Source: a virus (taxonomy: Duplodnaviria > Caudoviricetes). From it: a stretch of DNA of 42,533 nucleotides. Below, in pieces: positions 28,401 to 35,009 of the stretch. Where the stretch lies: the IMG/VR virus record IMGVR_UViG_3300036945_000346, positions 1 to 42,533 of that record. One strand, given 5' to 3'. The position numbers and the translations under genes were made by a program. The notes under the pieces were generated by a model. The model saw only the letters and a list, made by a program, of their open reading frames with translations, was not told where the DNA came from and did no database searches. Numbering within the stretch: position 1 is the stretch's first letter; each line of letters opens with the position of its first letter.

Positions 28401-28434
28401 GAGGAGAGTCCAAAGAGACGAGCCTAAGCGATGA
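19480..28434 (+). CDS. Giant polyvalent internal virion protein (Gly/Ala membrane region, zincin metallopeptidase, EVQ-type domain, GNAT-like, ADP-ribosyltransferase-like)
   Basis: 2984 aa; HELFH...EEF zincin motif; LFIEEVQA domain; HINKDYRGKKLA acetyl-CoA motif; HKT..F.EFD...GHYFAT...FLKLENP...GYDG...VVFDSSQIKS ART-PolyVal-like pattern. Confidence 0.8.
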   Translation: MAELYESPKQYISLGGQSGTASDAPPSIESIIDSLPADEREEALKYITAPPSGEEVARAMAQKNANGELMDMTLDQYRLFKAHQKSKEVDVIGTIGEAAGTVFDEISKAAGSIYDKPVDSMKKLTPSVIEAFAQGTRNLYGMAAQSADPNSVFFRMKNALQANGDDEASEYQQFMEAQAFNLHSMRLMTGQDTVIMDKDVINPEMTQVMSYIADPTLFIPFGGIAAKGATMVGMGEKLAMASARTSAIKRMVMGGALKWGVGAPIEFMGTAVRNTIDYGLERSAKAFETVSGISAAEVKTTAQMYGWTSATAAMTGATVPLPIVGDVAGAMVGSTTARGVGEAISMFGEQMMKQKNTGRGVLGYAGQALRDTKKSGVVLSKHAKGLLNIIEAVDPFFAYADEITEGAFQGAAIGGGLGYLAGGEKGMAGGIGSGMALGAVGAGAGRLTSDITGNTKMEQIAIQRKLVIEGLKDAGNENHVALEAMAIAAEATGDRRFQAQIDGIIAGLDVVNPDAVIKAFNEKGYTEALTSQGIDPTTGKLREKSSIFPELGDRRTIADVLGILRDNGGNFAGDHAGFEKAITTEARYKKLKPVWERLDDNAKSVLLKQIKENSNPDFIKTLKGRQVNAHFGDLAYAERLAEMINTLNQKNANLVSGKIAETLKAETRSDKKLTRRGQMLKEKLQADGYIDKDGTIRKSRNMDVEETLQTFDASAGWVKRRNSTGQTEIFINLDKFMAKGNRETMPHELFHSVMRDSVFAKDYSDRLIQKLVGTFDPQTGKMLEKAVVDPTQLQKFMEGYINSVHRNQSEEFRKRRIDELKGSIEEYKKRNDPNRVADSTQTPLEHLVEEFGAYYFAKFVMDKPVDFLFRGGEFSGLRAVFETSKESFLDFWKSKISKDNPSVNFDNIEGYALSRGFGKDGKRAKVTALDLLMQDMIRMQSNINKGGKFDISNLSPDARKQFIQTHGLRGQGFETIDKAGNLKKPKLRRYTAEEIRQGKEMFKVLDSLSDADHRGGMRRDGDGNWSGKPNTAQMNALVGTGYLQRAWFDRLTAAYNILDGKGSNVIEFGYLGYSAHIGDGNERVYGAAVPFKNRRALLLDVNFKVRADGTTFANFDTLDLRVIEARGNEVWRDPQVRDLWNGDRTSMEADFYAYLSNASLPSGDLNRKPSFRLLDRGDGLGGQRRDALHQMLGFHKGSDLPYINKPIAEIPVGIRHSVTTFSNDGIVAMRTAGRERVDYSHNNAHLDLSRNFMPDEMRQETTPSGGKIIKHATGYNISKQAGEKFKVFDPEGKMLGQFDTVADAGRAAQKHFNDTFDKSVEGKDTAVPPTEVPPSRQAYAEKRASVLLDEKLLQDKVEIELQKQIISQERIRDGAYSATLEDFKSKLKAVQEKGLLRAFREDKVDIFVKHSLDGSFPPKTHLIRDLVKEAEKTAAYEYDQMYPMEIKSALHPRLAQIFQDYPNLTAQGLLKKLVVYGSQGSRMFQEATEIGLIDLLKSKTRTRQDVTRVFDLQKQEFTGEIKTKETQQPSQVPFSADEVREILDFAKAKEIKVTIEEGARERSGMDTSRYTLGGAKDNYKQTAVRINPEYAHGISGHYGKDTIVHFRTTERIDADGNRHLFIEEVQANNTDKKKITGEYITPEQVMVSKEFAKRVVANRYADELEKRELKVTKIENDIGGLSAYTVGKNPDFSSRTRVDKVKRQKEAFNLILRNYIDLYKQNNSEYIRNIETATGTPDAPYGSKSFATDTRQHWLNTKQIVESGLFVSELEKYLLTSSDPAEIWKQLLEFHDKNEFLQSSNRQRKRADLPSLDDTLQRKVYETLEAISKGSSSILDSIADLGYQIRINNQDGVNDVIDRIGGRLPYMDEGLGRSKYLTHKEVVGNETLIQGLKELANSDKFVQKYADAKIELDKYHDLVISDINSIGSFSHINYGEGRIESIHSDRLREFVSLANTSIDKFNTQGKEPVFPLTSARDWTLTGLKGIIRQAIRDGLDRITLTHPDDSPTVSHMKGDARQGLYGKLIPEVWGAWLRKYGIEIKQTNKLADATIDTAKGQMAEITNKLHDANKAVLEHFEQVKGGEDPATINKLAELMAMPVHESDEFVGVKIQNEAKNLNDNKLRTLIGEVAMIKSAEKDAYNRINKLRENGIRGESGSRSTTDEGISAEAIDRGMTFVLNDRIKRDFLDGKIQTHMMPAEGGEDAYRGGRTYDQNSRQFKSGFLGLYAEQNPDRVKGVSLQFMKRADGSHRIRLTDNSKKGESSDIGHITANISGNTATLSSHINKDYRGKKLAYVVYSEMAERLRAMGIESVDGKIVNPDGVPVYVREQIIGDTRDYNTGKPIEINEAARRIKARQADVGSMGGVDVYNKLYKQARYQPAEAFTPSEEVTRKAKAAGYTILGQHKTDNQFNEFDLKAKKVNRGLNPAGHYFATTENDYKGSRTINAFLKLENPWNGVATKADKQAFKQWFKDKFASQYEGASNTKVAYLDGKMNQFARDGSFPTLMDGDDATEFLKFRGYDGLKDGDDVVVFDSSQIKSAEDFTYDDQGNKIPLSERFDKTKKDIRYMPAEGEKALVQNGFEKSELNKQLLASGHIVLGFDERTLEGKAVVINNPDTMMTGTLETPSGKILAEGEGGLNFVSKFADIWANSKEAKARTTANNLKKAQQENGGVAYLSLTRGSFENALNSHTGAKAGMGILEYFVEQGYISLEEFRNALKDSGRKYGIEFNATRSAKDIHSEIASKFFGVSDSTFERRGDFVKDVITHLAENGESGHKNIDKISEALGANRLGRKIQFAPTGIREAIGLMLSDKRANVDPSHVYAYIEITGNISVEKTENGHKSYPWHIVQRDENGNKIRPRMLIPDKTNYVTDVFLNKNKQEVPRKGGATKLGSNQVGEAYGYVKPAANIPEGKERLSWMPAEGWRDWQSERTSLGSVVKNAVGYVIMVQGDKFKVYNPYKAMVGIYSDLEQAKRRVQRDEPKR

Positions 28435-28736
28435 GTCCCGTAGACCCAGTCATAATGGAGACCGCTGAGGAGTTCAAGAAGGGCGGCTGGATAGTGGCAG
28501 TCCTTGGTGCGTTAGGTGCTATCGCTAGGCTTATCATCACGGAGGAACGCTTCGCTTGGATACGCTGGATACGCAAGGCTCTTGCTGGTGCTATCGTGGG
28601 TACGCTGGTGTACTTCGGAATCAACTTCGCCCCTATCGACCCTATCTACAAAGGCATTATCTACTCATCCTCTGGAGCGTTAGCCCCAGATATCTTTGAG
28701 TGGGTCAAGTCTAAGTTCGTCAAGGAAACCCAATGA
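28431..28736 (+). CDS. Holin
   Basis: 101 aa, 2-3 TM segments, charged C-terminus. Confidence 0.7.
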   Translation: MSPVDPVIMETAEEFKKGGWIVAVLGALGAIARLIITEERFAWIRWIRKALAGAIVGTLVYFGINFAPIDPIYKGIIYSSSGALAPDIFEWVKSKFVKETQ

Positions 28737-29422
28737 GATATATCGTACTATCCCTGCTACTATGCGGATGCATACCAACTCGTACCATACAAGCCCCTAT
28801 ACCCATTGAGACGAAAAACCAAGAAAAGGACAAGTACATCGACAAGGTCGAATCTATTGTCTCTGATTCCGCTTCTGCCCTTACTGCTGTCGTTCCTAAC
28901 CTCGCTCAAGGAAATGTACGAGGACTTGTCGAAGCCCAAGTAACCCGTCTATCTGGCATTGCCAAGCCTTCCGTTGTTAAGGTTGAGGAGTATACCCGCA
29001 TCTTAAAGGAGAACGACTCCAAGGCAATACAGAAGGACAAGGAACAGGCATCCAAGGTAGACTCTGAGACTACAGCCTTGTACGACCTAGTAGAACAGAA
29101 GGATTTAGAACTAGCAGAGGCTCACACTAGGGCTGACGCTGAATTCAAGCAGAAGGTACTCTGGCAGTACAGCACCTACGGCTTAGTTGCCTTCTTTGTC
29201 GGACTTGCGGCAATGGCATTTACACCCTTCAAGAAGTCCGCTGGCATTATTATGGCTGGCGGTATGCTTGCTATGGCTTCCGCTTGGATATTTGACAGCA
29301 CTTGGTTCACTTGGATTGTGGGTGTGTCGATAGGTGTGTCGGTGATTGGAATCGCTGTCGCTATCTACAAGACACGCAATGTAGAATCCAAAGCCGAAGC
29401 AGAGAAGTCCGAACAAGAATAG
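28733..29422 (+). CDS. Lipoprotein with coiled coil and C-terminal TM helices (spanin-like)
   Basis: Lipobox LLLCGC, helical periplasmic part, three hydrophobic C-terminal segments; follows the holin. Confidence 0.55.
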   Translation: MRYIVLSLLLCGCIPTRTIQAPIPIETKNQEKDKYIDKVESIVSDSASALTAVVPNLAQGNVRGLVEAQVTRLSGIAKPSVVKVEEYTRILKENDSKAIQKDKEQASKVDSETTALYDLVEQKDLELAEAHTRADAEFKQKVLWQYSTYGLVAFFVGLAAMAFTPFKKSAGIIMAGGMLAMASAWIFDSTWFTWIVGVSIGVSVIGIAVAIYKTRNVESKAEAEKSEQE

Positions 29423-29475
29423 GTCAAACGGAAACCAATCTGAGAATTGTTCGTGTTCTTCCATGGGGACTAGGC

Positions 29476-29742
29476 TCACGGCTTGTCTTTAGGAATATAC
29501 TCGCCGTGCTTCTTCTCGAAATCAAGCCTTTGTTCTTCGTACCTAAGCATTTCACAGTCACGCTGTTGCTTGAGAAATTCTTCATGATATCCATCTCCCC
29601 TTCTTCGTGAGGCTTGTCCCAAAGAATCAAGCCACAGTTTGATGACAGCCCAGACAGACCACAAAGTAAACAGCATTGCCGTCACATAAACAACCCAAGA
29701 CCCTGCAATGCGGAGTTGTTCGTAGAATTCCAGTTCGCTCAT
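29476..29742 (-). CDS. Hypothetical membrane protein
   Basis: One TM segment; ATGA coupling. Confidence 0.65.
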   Translation of the reverse strand: MSELEFYEQLRIAGSWVVYVTAMLFTLWSVWAVIKLWLDSLGQASRRRGDGYHEEFLKQQRDCEMLRYEEQRLDFEKKHGEYIPKDKP

Positions 29743-30023
29743 TTCCAGAACTCCTCTGGGATTACATCAACAAACACAGGAGTCCGTTGACCGACATCCG
29801 CACCGATGATGTTGAAGTGCATATACTCTTCAGCAGTCTCAAAGTCCATATTGTCATTCTCCATTAGGTTAGCGATGATACGCTCCGTAGAGTACACGGC
29901 AACAACACCGTGCTTGGTGTTGGTCAAGCCAACGAAGGCGTGAGCAAGTCCGTCAGCAATGACAATCTCGTCATCAATGTCGGCAAGGAATTCTTCAAGT
30001 TTTTCGTTATCAGTCTTGCTCAT
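29739..30023 (-). CDS. Conserved acidic phage hypothetical protein
   Basis: ADGLAHAFVG...AVYS...AEEYMHFNIIGA...TPVFV, a common phage family pattern. Confidence 0.75.
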   Translation of the reverse strand: MSKTDNEKLEEFLADIDDEIVIADGLAHAFVGLTNTKHGVVAVYSTERIIANLMENDNMDFETAEEYMHFNIIGADVGQRTPVFVDVIPEEFWK

Positions 30024-30255
30024 TTTTGATTCGGTAATGGGGGATAGGGCGGGTTACCATTCCAGACTTCACACGATACATCCGCATTTCAAGAAGATTA
30101 TTCTTCATTGCTTGGTTTAATTTCTTGGAGATGATAGGCTCTGAAAGATTCCACATCTTTTGGATTTCCATCCGTGTATAGAAACCCTTCTCAGGCTTGT
30201 CAGGGACAGCCTTGCCAAAGAGTTTCTCCATCGCCCGTAGGTCTTTGTTGTTCAT
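30010..30255 (-). CDS. HTH-like hypothetical protein
   Basis: Likely start MNNKDL at 30255; GFYTRMEIQKMWNLS HTH-like segment. Confidence 0.6.
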   Translation of the reverse strand: MNNKDLRAMEKLFGKAVPDKPEKGFYTRMEIQKMWNLSEPIISKKLNQAMKNNLLEMRMYRVKSGMVTRPIPHYRIKNEQD

Positions 30256-30419
30256 CGAGTGAAGATAAGTTTGAGTGCCGTAACTACTGTGGCGAACCAA
30301 GCAACCCACAGCAAGACATTTACTACGAGCCGTTCCTTGCGGTAGTATCTAGCCTGTCTGTCCATCTCCCTGTAGTGTTCGGGTGGCGTGAAATCTTTCA
30401 TGTTAGGGTATTGGTTCAT
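30252..30419 (-). CDS. Small membrane protein, 55 aa
   Basis: Translated by hand (MNQYPN...LVVNVLLWVAWFATVVTALKLIFTR); ATGA overlaps on both sides. Confidence 0.65.
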   Translation of the reverse strand: MNQYPNMKDFTPPEHYREMDRQARYYRKERLVVNVLLWVAWFATVVTALKLIFTR

Positions 30420-31153
30420 AGTCCTTTTACAGAATAGATAAATTCTTTACCGACTCGGTGGGCTTGCCAGACCTTCCAGTCATTGCCTTGAACAAATCCG
30501 TAAGTCCAGCCCGACCCCCACTTGCTGGTGGCTAGGCGATTCTTGGCGTAGTCAGGGGACTTGTGGCATAGGCAACCGCCAGAGAATCCTACAGCACCCA
30601 TATGCTTGCGAGCGTTAACTTGCTGGATAGAATGTAGGTGACCCATAATGACAGCCCCTTGAGGCTCGGCATAATGGATTGCGTGTTCCTCCACGGCACG
30701 GACACCACAGGTATATCCGTGTACGAAGGCAACTTTTCCTAATCTGTGTACTCCTTCCTCAGCGTGGTAATCGTAAATCTTCTTGCATCCGTTCTTCTTG
30801 AGGTGGTTGCGGATGTCGTTCTTGAGGTCGTGGCAGTAGTCTACCATCATCCCGCTGGTCGAGCCATTGATAATCTGGTCGAGGCGGTCATCGTGATTTC
30901 CGTTTAAGAAAATAGTAGGCTGGATGCGGGTGATGAATTCCTTGCCAGCCTTGACATCGGCAACTAAGGACTCGTCTTCCTCCTTGCGTCCTGCACCCCT
31001 GCGGATGGAACGGAAGTCAAAGTTATCTCCTAGGTGGACTACCTCGTCTGGGTCGAACCATTTTAGGAATTTGTAAAATTGCTTGGCAACATCCTCATCG
31101 ATGTGGTCTCCGTGGTTGTCACCTACGGCTACAAACTTAATTAGTTTAGACAT
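30416..31153 (-). CDS. Calcineurin-like metallophosphoesterase
   Basis: GDNHG, HLGDNFD, GNHD, HG and GHLH motifs. Confidence 0.9.
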   Translation of the reverse strand: MSKLIKFVAVGDNHGDHIDEDVAKQFYKFLKWFDPDEVVHLGDNFDFRSIRRGAGRKEEDESLVADVKAGKEFITRIQPTIFLNGNHDDRLDQIINGSTSGMMVDYCHDLKNDIRNHLKKNGCKKIYDYHAEEGVHRLGKVAFVHGYTCGVRAVEEHAIHYAEPQGAVIMGHLHSIQQVNARKHMGAVGFSGGCLCHKSPDYAKNRLATSKWGSGWTYGFVQGNDWKVWQAHRVGKEFIYSVKGL

Positions 31154-31568
31154 AGGGATTAGACACTTTGTATAATTGCGAGATAGGCAACTTGATTAAT
31201 CCAGAAGTTTTTTCTTTAGTGACAGGGTCGATGTCTCCACCTAGGACAACTTCAGCACCATACTTTGAAGGGTTCTCATACACTAGTGCTAAGAAATCCC
31301 TTAACTCAATCACACGGAATGTAAATACCATTACCGCTTGGTCTTTCTCCATGAAGATTTGAGACCAGTAATCAGCGTGAGTTGAGCAGATGCCAGACGG
31401 CTTGCCCCTTGAACGGAATTCAAACACAGCGTTCTTAGTTGTCATCCAGATATCACGCTCTGTCTTGACCTCGACCTTGGCTTGGTCTGTGCCTAGCCAG
31501 CGAAGCCAGCGTTCTCCCGCTTGACCATACTGTAAATCAAAATCAAATTTGTTGTCGTTATTGAACAT
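31146..31568 (-). CDS. PD-(D/E)xK-like nuclease-fold protein
   Basis: FDFDLQYGQAGE...VEVKTE...FEFRSRGKPSGI...ADYW pattern. Confidence 0.6.
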   Translation of the reverse strand: MFNNDNKFDFDLQYGQAGERWLRWLGTDQAKVEVKTERDIWMTTKNAVFEFRSRGKPSGICSTHADYWSQIFMEKDQAVMVFTFRVIELRDFLALVYENPSKYGAEVVLGGDIDPVTKEKTSGLIKLPISQLYKVSNPYV

Positions 31569-31767
31569 TGGTTTTATTTTGGATGTCGAATGTTGGGTTC
31601 TGGAGAATCTTGAATTGGTCGGTACGCATATGACGGATGACCCCATCCTGTTCTAGCACTACGGCAAAGATGTCGTTAGACCAAGTCCCTCCATCCCGTA
31701 CATACATCAGCCAGCCATAGCCAATGTCGGTACTGACAGGAATAGGGTTACGGAATTCGTGAATCAT
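31558..31767 (-). CDS. Hypothetical protein
   Basis: 69-aa coupled ORF. Confidence 0.7.
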   Translation of the reverse strand: MIHEFRNPIPVSTDIGYGWLMYVRDGGTWSNDIFAVVLEQDGVIRHMRTDQFKILQNPTFDIQNKTNVQ

Positions 31768-32306
31768 TGGTTGTCTGGGTTGATTTCCTCGAAGGTGGTC
31801 TTGCCTTCAAGTTCCTTGAGTTTGAGTTGAGCCGCAGGGGAGTGCATCACGGCCTTGGTCAGCCGCTTGACCTCGGCCTTGAGGCTATCTCTTTCGGTCT
31901 GAGCATCTGCGGTAACATCATTGTAGATTTCATTCTCCTTGGTCAGCCGCTCGCCCTCGGCTTCCATTTCTTCAATCTCTTTCGCACACCCATCAAGCAT
32001 ACTTTTGGTAGCGTCATAACGCAGGGCGAGAGTATCGTTGAGTTGCGTCAGCCGCTCGACCTGTGCTTGCAGTTCCTCGTTAGGGATGATGGTGCGGGTG
32101 GTGAAGGCCGTCAGCCTATCGACCTCGGACTTGACCATCAGCAGTTCAGCCCTTGCGTGGGACAGGTCGGACTCAAGCCCACGACCCCACGCAGTCATCT
32201 GCGAGAAGTCAGCCATAAGTCTGGCGTAAGCATCAGCCATCCTATCAGCCTGTTGGGTATAGACTAGATTAAGAACTTCTTTTCTTTCGAGGTGTTTGTC
32301 GCTCAT
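31764..32306 (-). CDS. Coiled-coil protein with four (K)AEVERLT repeats
   Basis: KSEVDRLT, QAQVERLT, EAEGERLT, KAEVKRLT. Confidence 0.75.
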   Translation of the reverse strand: MSDKHLERKEVLNLVYTQQADRMADAYARLMADFSQMTAWGRGLESDLSHARAELLMVKSEVDRLTAFTTRTIIPNEELQAQVERLTQLNDTLALRYDATKSMLDGCAKEIEEMEAEGERLTKENEIYNDVTADAQTERDSLKAEVKRLTKAVMHSPAAQLKLKELEGKTTFEEINPDNQ

Positions 32307-32511
32307 TTTTGTATTTCAGTTTGTAAAGTGCTTCTCCGTGTTCGTCGTGAGACTTCTGGAGGCTAACAATAAGTCGTTCAACCTGCTTGGTCAGCCGCTC
32401 GACCTCTGCCTCAAGGCGGGCGTAGTCTCTGTATTCACATAACTTACCATCTGCATCGTCAGCAATGCCGAACTTATCATTAGCAACAGGCTTATATCTT
32501 GGGATGTTCAT
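32269..32511 (-). CDS. Hypothetical protein with AEVERLTK module
   Basis: DYARLEAEVERLTK. Confidence 0.7.
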   Translation of the reverse strand: MNIPRYKPVANDKFGIADDADGKLCEYRDYARLEAEVERLTKQVERLIVSLQKSHDEHGEALYKLKYKNERQTPRKKRSS

Positions 32512-32753
32512 TTTAGTTTACGAAGGTGTTCTAGGTCTTCCAGCGTCCGCATCCAGCGTCCGTGGTCGCACTCAGCCTCAATCTTCCAGTAGTTAACTCT
32601 GCCCTTGAGAACCTCTACCTCAGCCTTGAGGCGTGTGTTCTCCTCTGCCAAAGTACGGCACTCAATGCCTAGGTTCAATACGCTCTTGGCAAGGCTAGTC
32701 TTGATTGGGTCTTCAAAACTATGTTCGTAGAAGACTAACTTTGGGGTGTCCAT
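32508..32753 (-). CDS. Hypothetical protein with RLKAEVE module
   Basis: Likely start MDTPKL; ENTRLKAEVE. Confidence 0.65.
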   Translation of the reverse strand: MDTPKLVFYEHSFEDPIKTSLAKSVLNLGIECRTLAEENTRLKAEVEVLKGRVNYWKIEAECDHGRWMRTLEDLEHLRKLK

Positions 32754-32956
32754 TTGTTCAGAGGTTTTGCAAAAAGTCCAGCCCACCGATTTTTGTTGGC
32801 ATCAAAGCACGAAGCGGTGATAGAACGCTCCCAGCCTGTCTGCTTTTTTCCAGCCAGAACGCTACCCGTTCGTTTCGGAAGCGAACTTCTTCCACTAGGT
32901 CTCTGCTCATTTGGGAGTGCAAGTAACTGCTTTGCATATTCGCTTAGTTTAGGCAT
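32735..32956 (-). CDS. Hypothetical basic protein
   Basis: 73-aa ORF overlapping its neighbours. Confidence 0.55.
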   Translation of the reverse strand: MPKLSEYAKQLLALPNEQRPSGRSSLPKRTGSVLAGKKQTGWERSITASCFDANKNRWAGLFAKPLNKWTPQS

Positions 32957-33237
32957 AGTTTACGCTTCTGTAATAGCATCTTGCATACATTGAACTCACG
33001 CACGGAGCGTTGGTTCTTCGGGATAAGAAGAAGGTCGTAGTATTTGAGCAACTGTTTGTCATCAAACTTTCCTAACTGTTCTTCATAGCCAGCCTCCCAC
33101 TCGTTTCTCAGAGTAGGAAGATTGTAACGGGTCTTGCATTTGGCAATGGATGCGTGGTTAAGATTGAACTTAGCCCCCGCTTGCTTGGCGGTAAGCCCTT
33201 CGACTAGGGCAATGCGGTATGCGTCTAAGGATGTCAT
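32944..33237 (-). CDS. HTH-like hypothetical protein
   Basis: EGLTAKQAGAKFNLNHASI. Confidence 0.6.
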   Translation of the reverse strand: MTSLDAYRIALVEGLTAKQAGAKFNLNHASIAKCKTRYNLPTLRNEWEAGYEEQLGKFDDKQLLKYYDLLLIPKNQRSVREFNVCKMLLQKRKLCLN

Positions 33238-33467
33238 TTGATTTCGTATCCCAATTCTTCAAGAGGTCTATTTGCAATATCAAGGAAAGATTTAACTTTC
33301 CCATATTTATCGCTGGCAAAAACTAGGACTTCAAATCCTGCGTCAGATTCAACTACCCATTCTTCTCCTTTAATAGGAGGGTCTAGGTGAAACAGCGTAG
33401 CCTCTCCCCTAAACTTCTTGAGGTTCTTGTAGATAGCCCGTGTGTAATCTGGGATAGTAGCGGTCAT
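33234..33467 (-). CDS. Hypothetical protein
   Basis: Start MTATIP coupled by ATGA. Confidence 0.6.
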   Translation of the reverse strand: MTATIPDYTRAIYKNLKKFRGEATLFHLDPPIKGEEWVVESDAGFEVLVFASDKYGKVKSFLDIANRPLEELGYEIK

Positions 33468-33838
33468 AGAGCCTTGGTTCGTACCCACGCCTTAATGGAT
33501 TCTTGGTTTAACTTTCCGTGAACAAGATTATCACCAGCCTCTTGGAGTTCTTTAATCTTGCAACGAGCCTCAGCCAAGTCGCTAAGAATCTTGGACGGGC
33601 TAGGGCTGTTCAGACGCTCAAGGAGTTCCTTGGCATCCATAGCCAGCACCACAGCCGCACCCTTGAGGGAGTTACTCCGTAGAGTATACTCTCCCTGCGT
33701 AGGCTGGAAGCCGTTGGATGCGTCTAGGATTTCTTGTGCTTTATCCACGGGGAGACTGATGTAATTCAGTTTCTTGTTTCTGTGCGTGATAGCGTGGCGT
33801 AGGTAGGTAAGCCCGTGGGACTTAATACTGTACGCCAT
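33464..33838 (-). CDS. Hypothetical protein
   Basis: Likely start MAYSIK. Confidence 0.6.
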   Translation of the reverse strand: MAYSIKSHGLTYLRHAITHRNKKLNYISLPVDKAQEILDASNGFQPTQGEYTLRSNSLKGAAVVLAMDAKELLERLNSPSPSKILSDLAEARCKIKELQEAGDNLVHGKLNQESIKAWVRTKAL

Positions 33839-34022
33839 TCTTGTCGGCTTCAGCAAACATCTTCGTCAGTTCCTGCGTGTTCACCCGCTTCATCTTCTTG
33901 TCGATAATGAAGTTGATATAGGTCTGCTGATGAATCTTGGTCGGCTTGAGGAGACGGGCAACACGACCATCGCTGAGGATGATGTAGTTGGTATTCAGAT
34001 ACTGTTTGGCTTCTAGGTTCAT
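33822..34022 (-). CDS. Hypothetical protein (NUMOD4-like N-terminus possible)
   Basis: NYIILSDGRV motif. Confidence 0.6.
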   Translation of the reverse strand: MNLEAKQYLNTNYIILSDGRVARLLKPTKIHQQTYINFIIDKKMKRVNTQELTKMFAEADKNGVQY

Positions 34023-34041
34023 AGTGTTTATAGGTTAGAGA

Positions 34042-34788
34042 TTAGAACGGAACTTCGTCTTGAGTTACGGCAGGTGCTTCGATTTCACCGTTGGCGATAG
34101 CCCAGAGGCGTTCAGCCTCAGCCTTGACACGGAGGTCACGGGGACTGATTTCGGTGTTGTCACCAAAGGGCTTGGGCTTCCAGACATTAGCGAAGTAGTT
34201 GAGGTCACCGAACTTGACGGTGCGGTCAGCGGACTTCAGCGGGAGTTGAGAGAGGGGAGTTCCCTTGAGGTCTCCAAAAGGAGCAACGGCTTCTCCTCCA
34301 GCAACAGGCTTGGCTGAGGGGTTAGGAATGAACTTTGTCCCAGAAGCAGTCGGCTTGCTGACAGGCGTGATGTATTCTTTCTTAGGAGCAGTCTTAACCA
34401 CTCGGTCGGATTCCGCATCATCATCATCAGTTGCAACTCCAGCAATGGAAGCAAGGCTGTATCTACGCACATAAGAATACAGGCTACCCGCTTGCTGTCC
34501 AGACATACCCTTCTCAGCAGGGACGAGAGCGTTGCACGAAAGCATACCACCGTCTTCGTGGATGATGAGGTTACGGATACCAACGGCATCAATGTCACCG
34601 ATTGGCATCTGGATGATTGCGAGTCCGTGCTTCTTGGCGAGGGGTTTAAGTGCGAGGAGGTGGGCTTGGAGGCTGGCATAGCGTGACTTGTGGAATGGAT
34701 TGTTGCTGTCAGCGTGGACATCTTGGGCTTCAGACACGAAGGCTACTAGAGCCTTAGCGAGACTGACCTGTTGTTCGGGTGTGTTCAT
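34042..34788 (-). CDS. erf: ERF-family single-strand annealing protein
   Basis: NPFHKSRYASL...GLAIIQ...QQAGSLYSYVRRYSL...DDDDA; acidic DEVPF tail; alternative start at 34818. Confidence 0.9.
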   Translation of the reverse strand: MNTPEQQVSLAKALVAFVSEAQDVHADSNNPFHKSRYASLQAHLLALKPLAKKHGLAIIQMPIGDIDAVGIRNLIIHEDGGMLSCNALVPAEKGMSGQQAGSLYSYVRRYSLASIAGVATDDDDAESDRVVKTAPKKEYITPVSKPTASGTKFIPNPSAKPVAGGEAVAPFGDLKGTPLSQLPLKSADRTVKFGDLNYFANVWKPKPFGDNTEISPRDLRVKAEAERLWAIANGEIEAPAVTQDEVPF

Positions 34789-34832
34789 ATTAGGAGAGGA
34801 GTGAGAGAAGAATTCCATAGGTGATAGTAGTA

Positions 34833-35009
34833 TTACGAGAGGGGATGTGTGTCAACATCTCTTTGCAAAATAGTTCGGACATAATCTGAACGAGTCATAG
34901 AGATTCTTGTTGACACGGTGTTGAGGGATTTGAACAGCGACTTAGATACACGGAGTGTGAGCATAAGTTCGTGGTTGCGTGTGCGTTTCTTGGTAGTTGT
35001 TTTCTTCAT
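34833..35009 (-). CDS. Ribbon-helix-helix (CopG/Arc-like) regulator, 58 aa
   Basis: Translated by hand: MKKTTTKKRTRNHELMLTLRVSKSLFKSLNTVSTRISMTRSDYVRTILQRDVDTHPLS; ATGA overlap with the upstream stop. Confidence 0.78.
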   Translation of the reverse strand: MKKTTTKKRTRNHELMLTLRVSKSLFKSLNTVSTRISMTRSDYVRTILQRDVDTHPLS

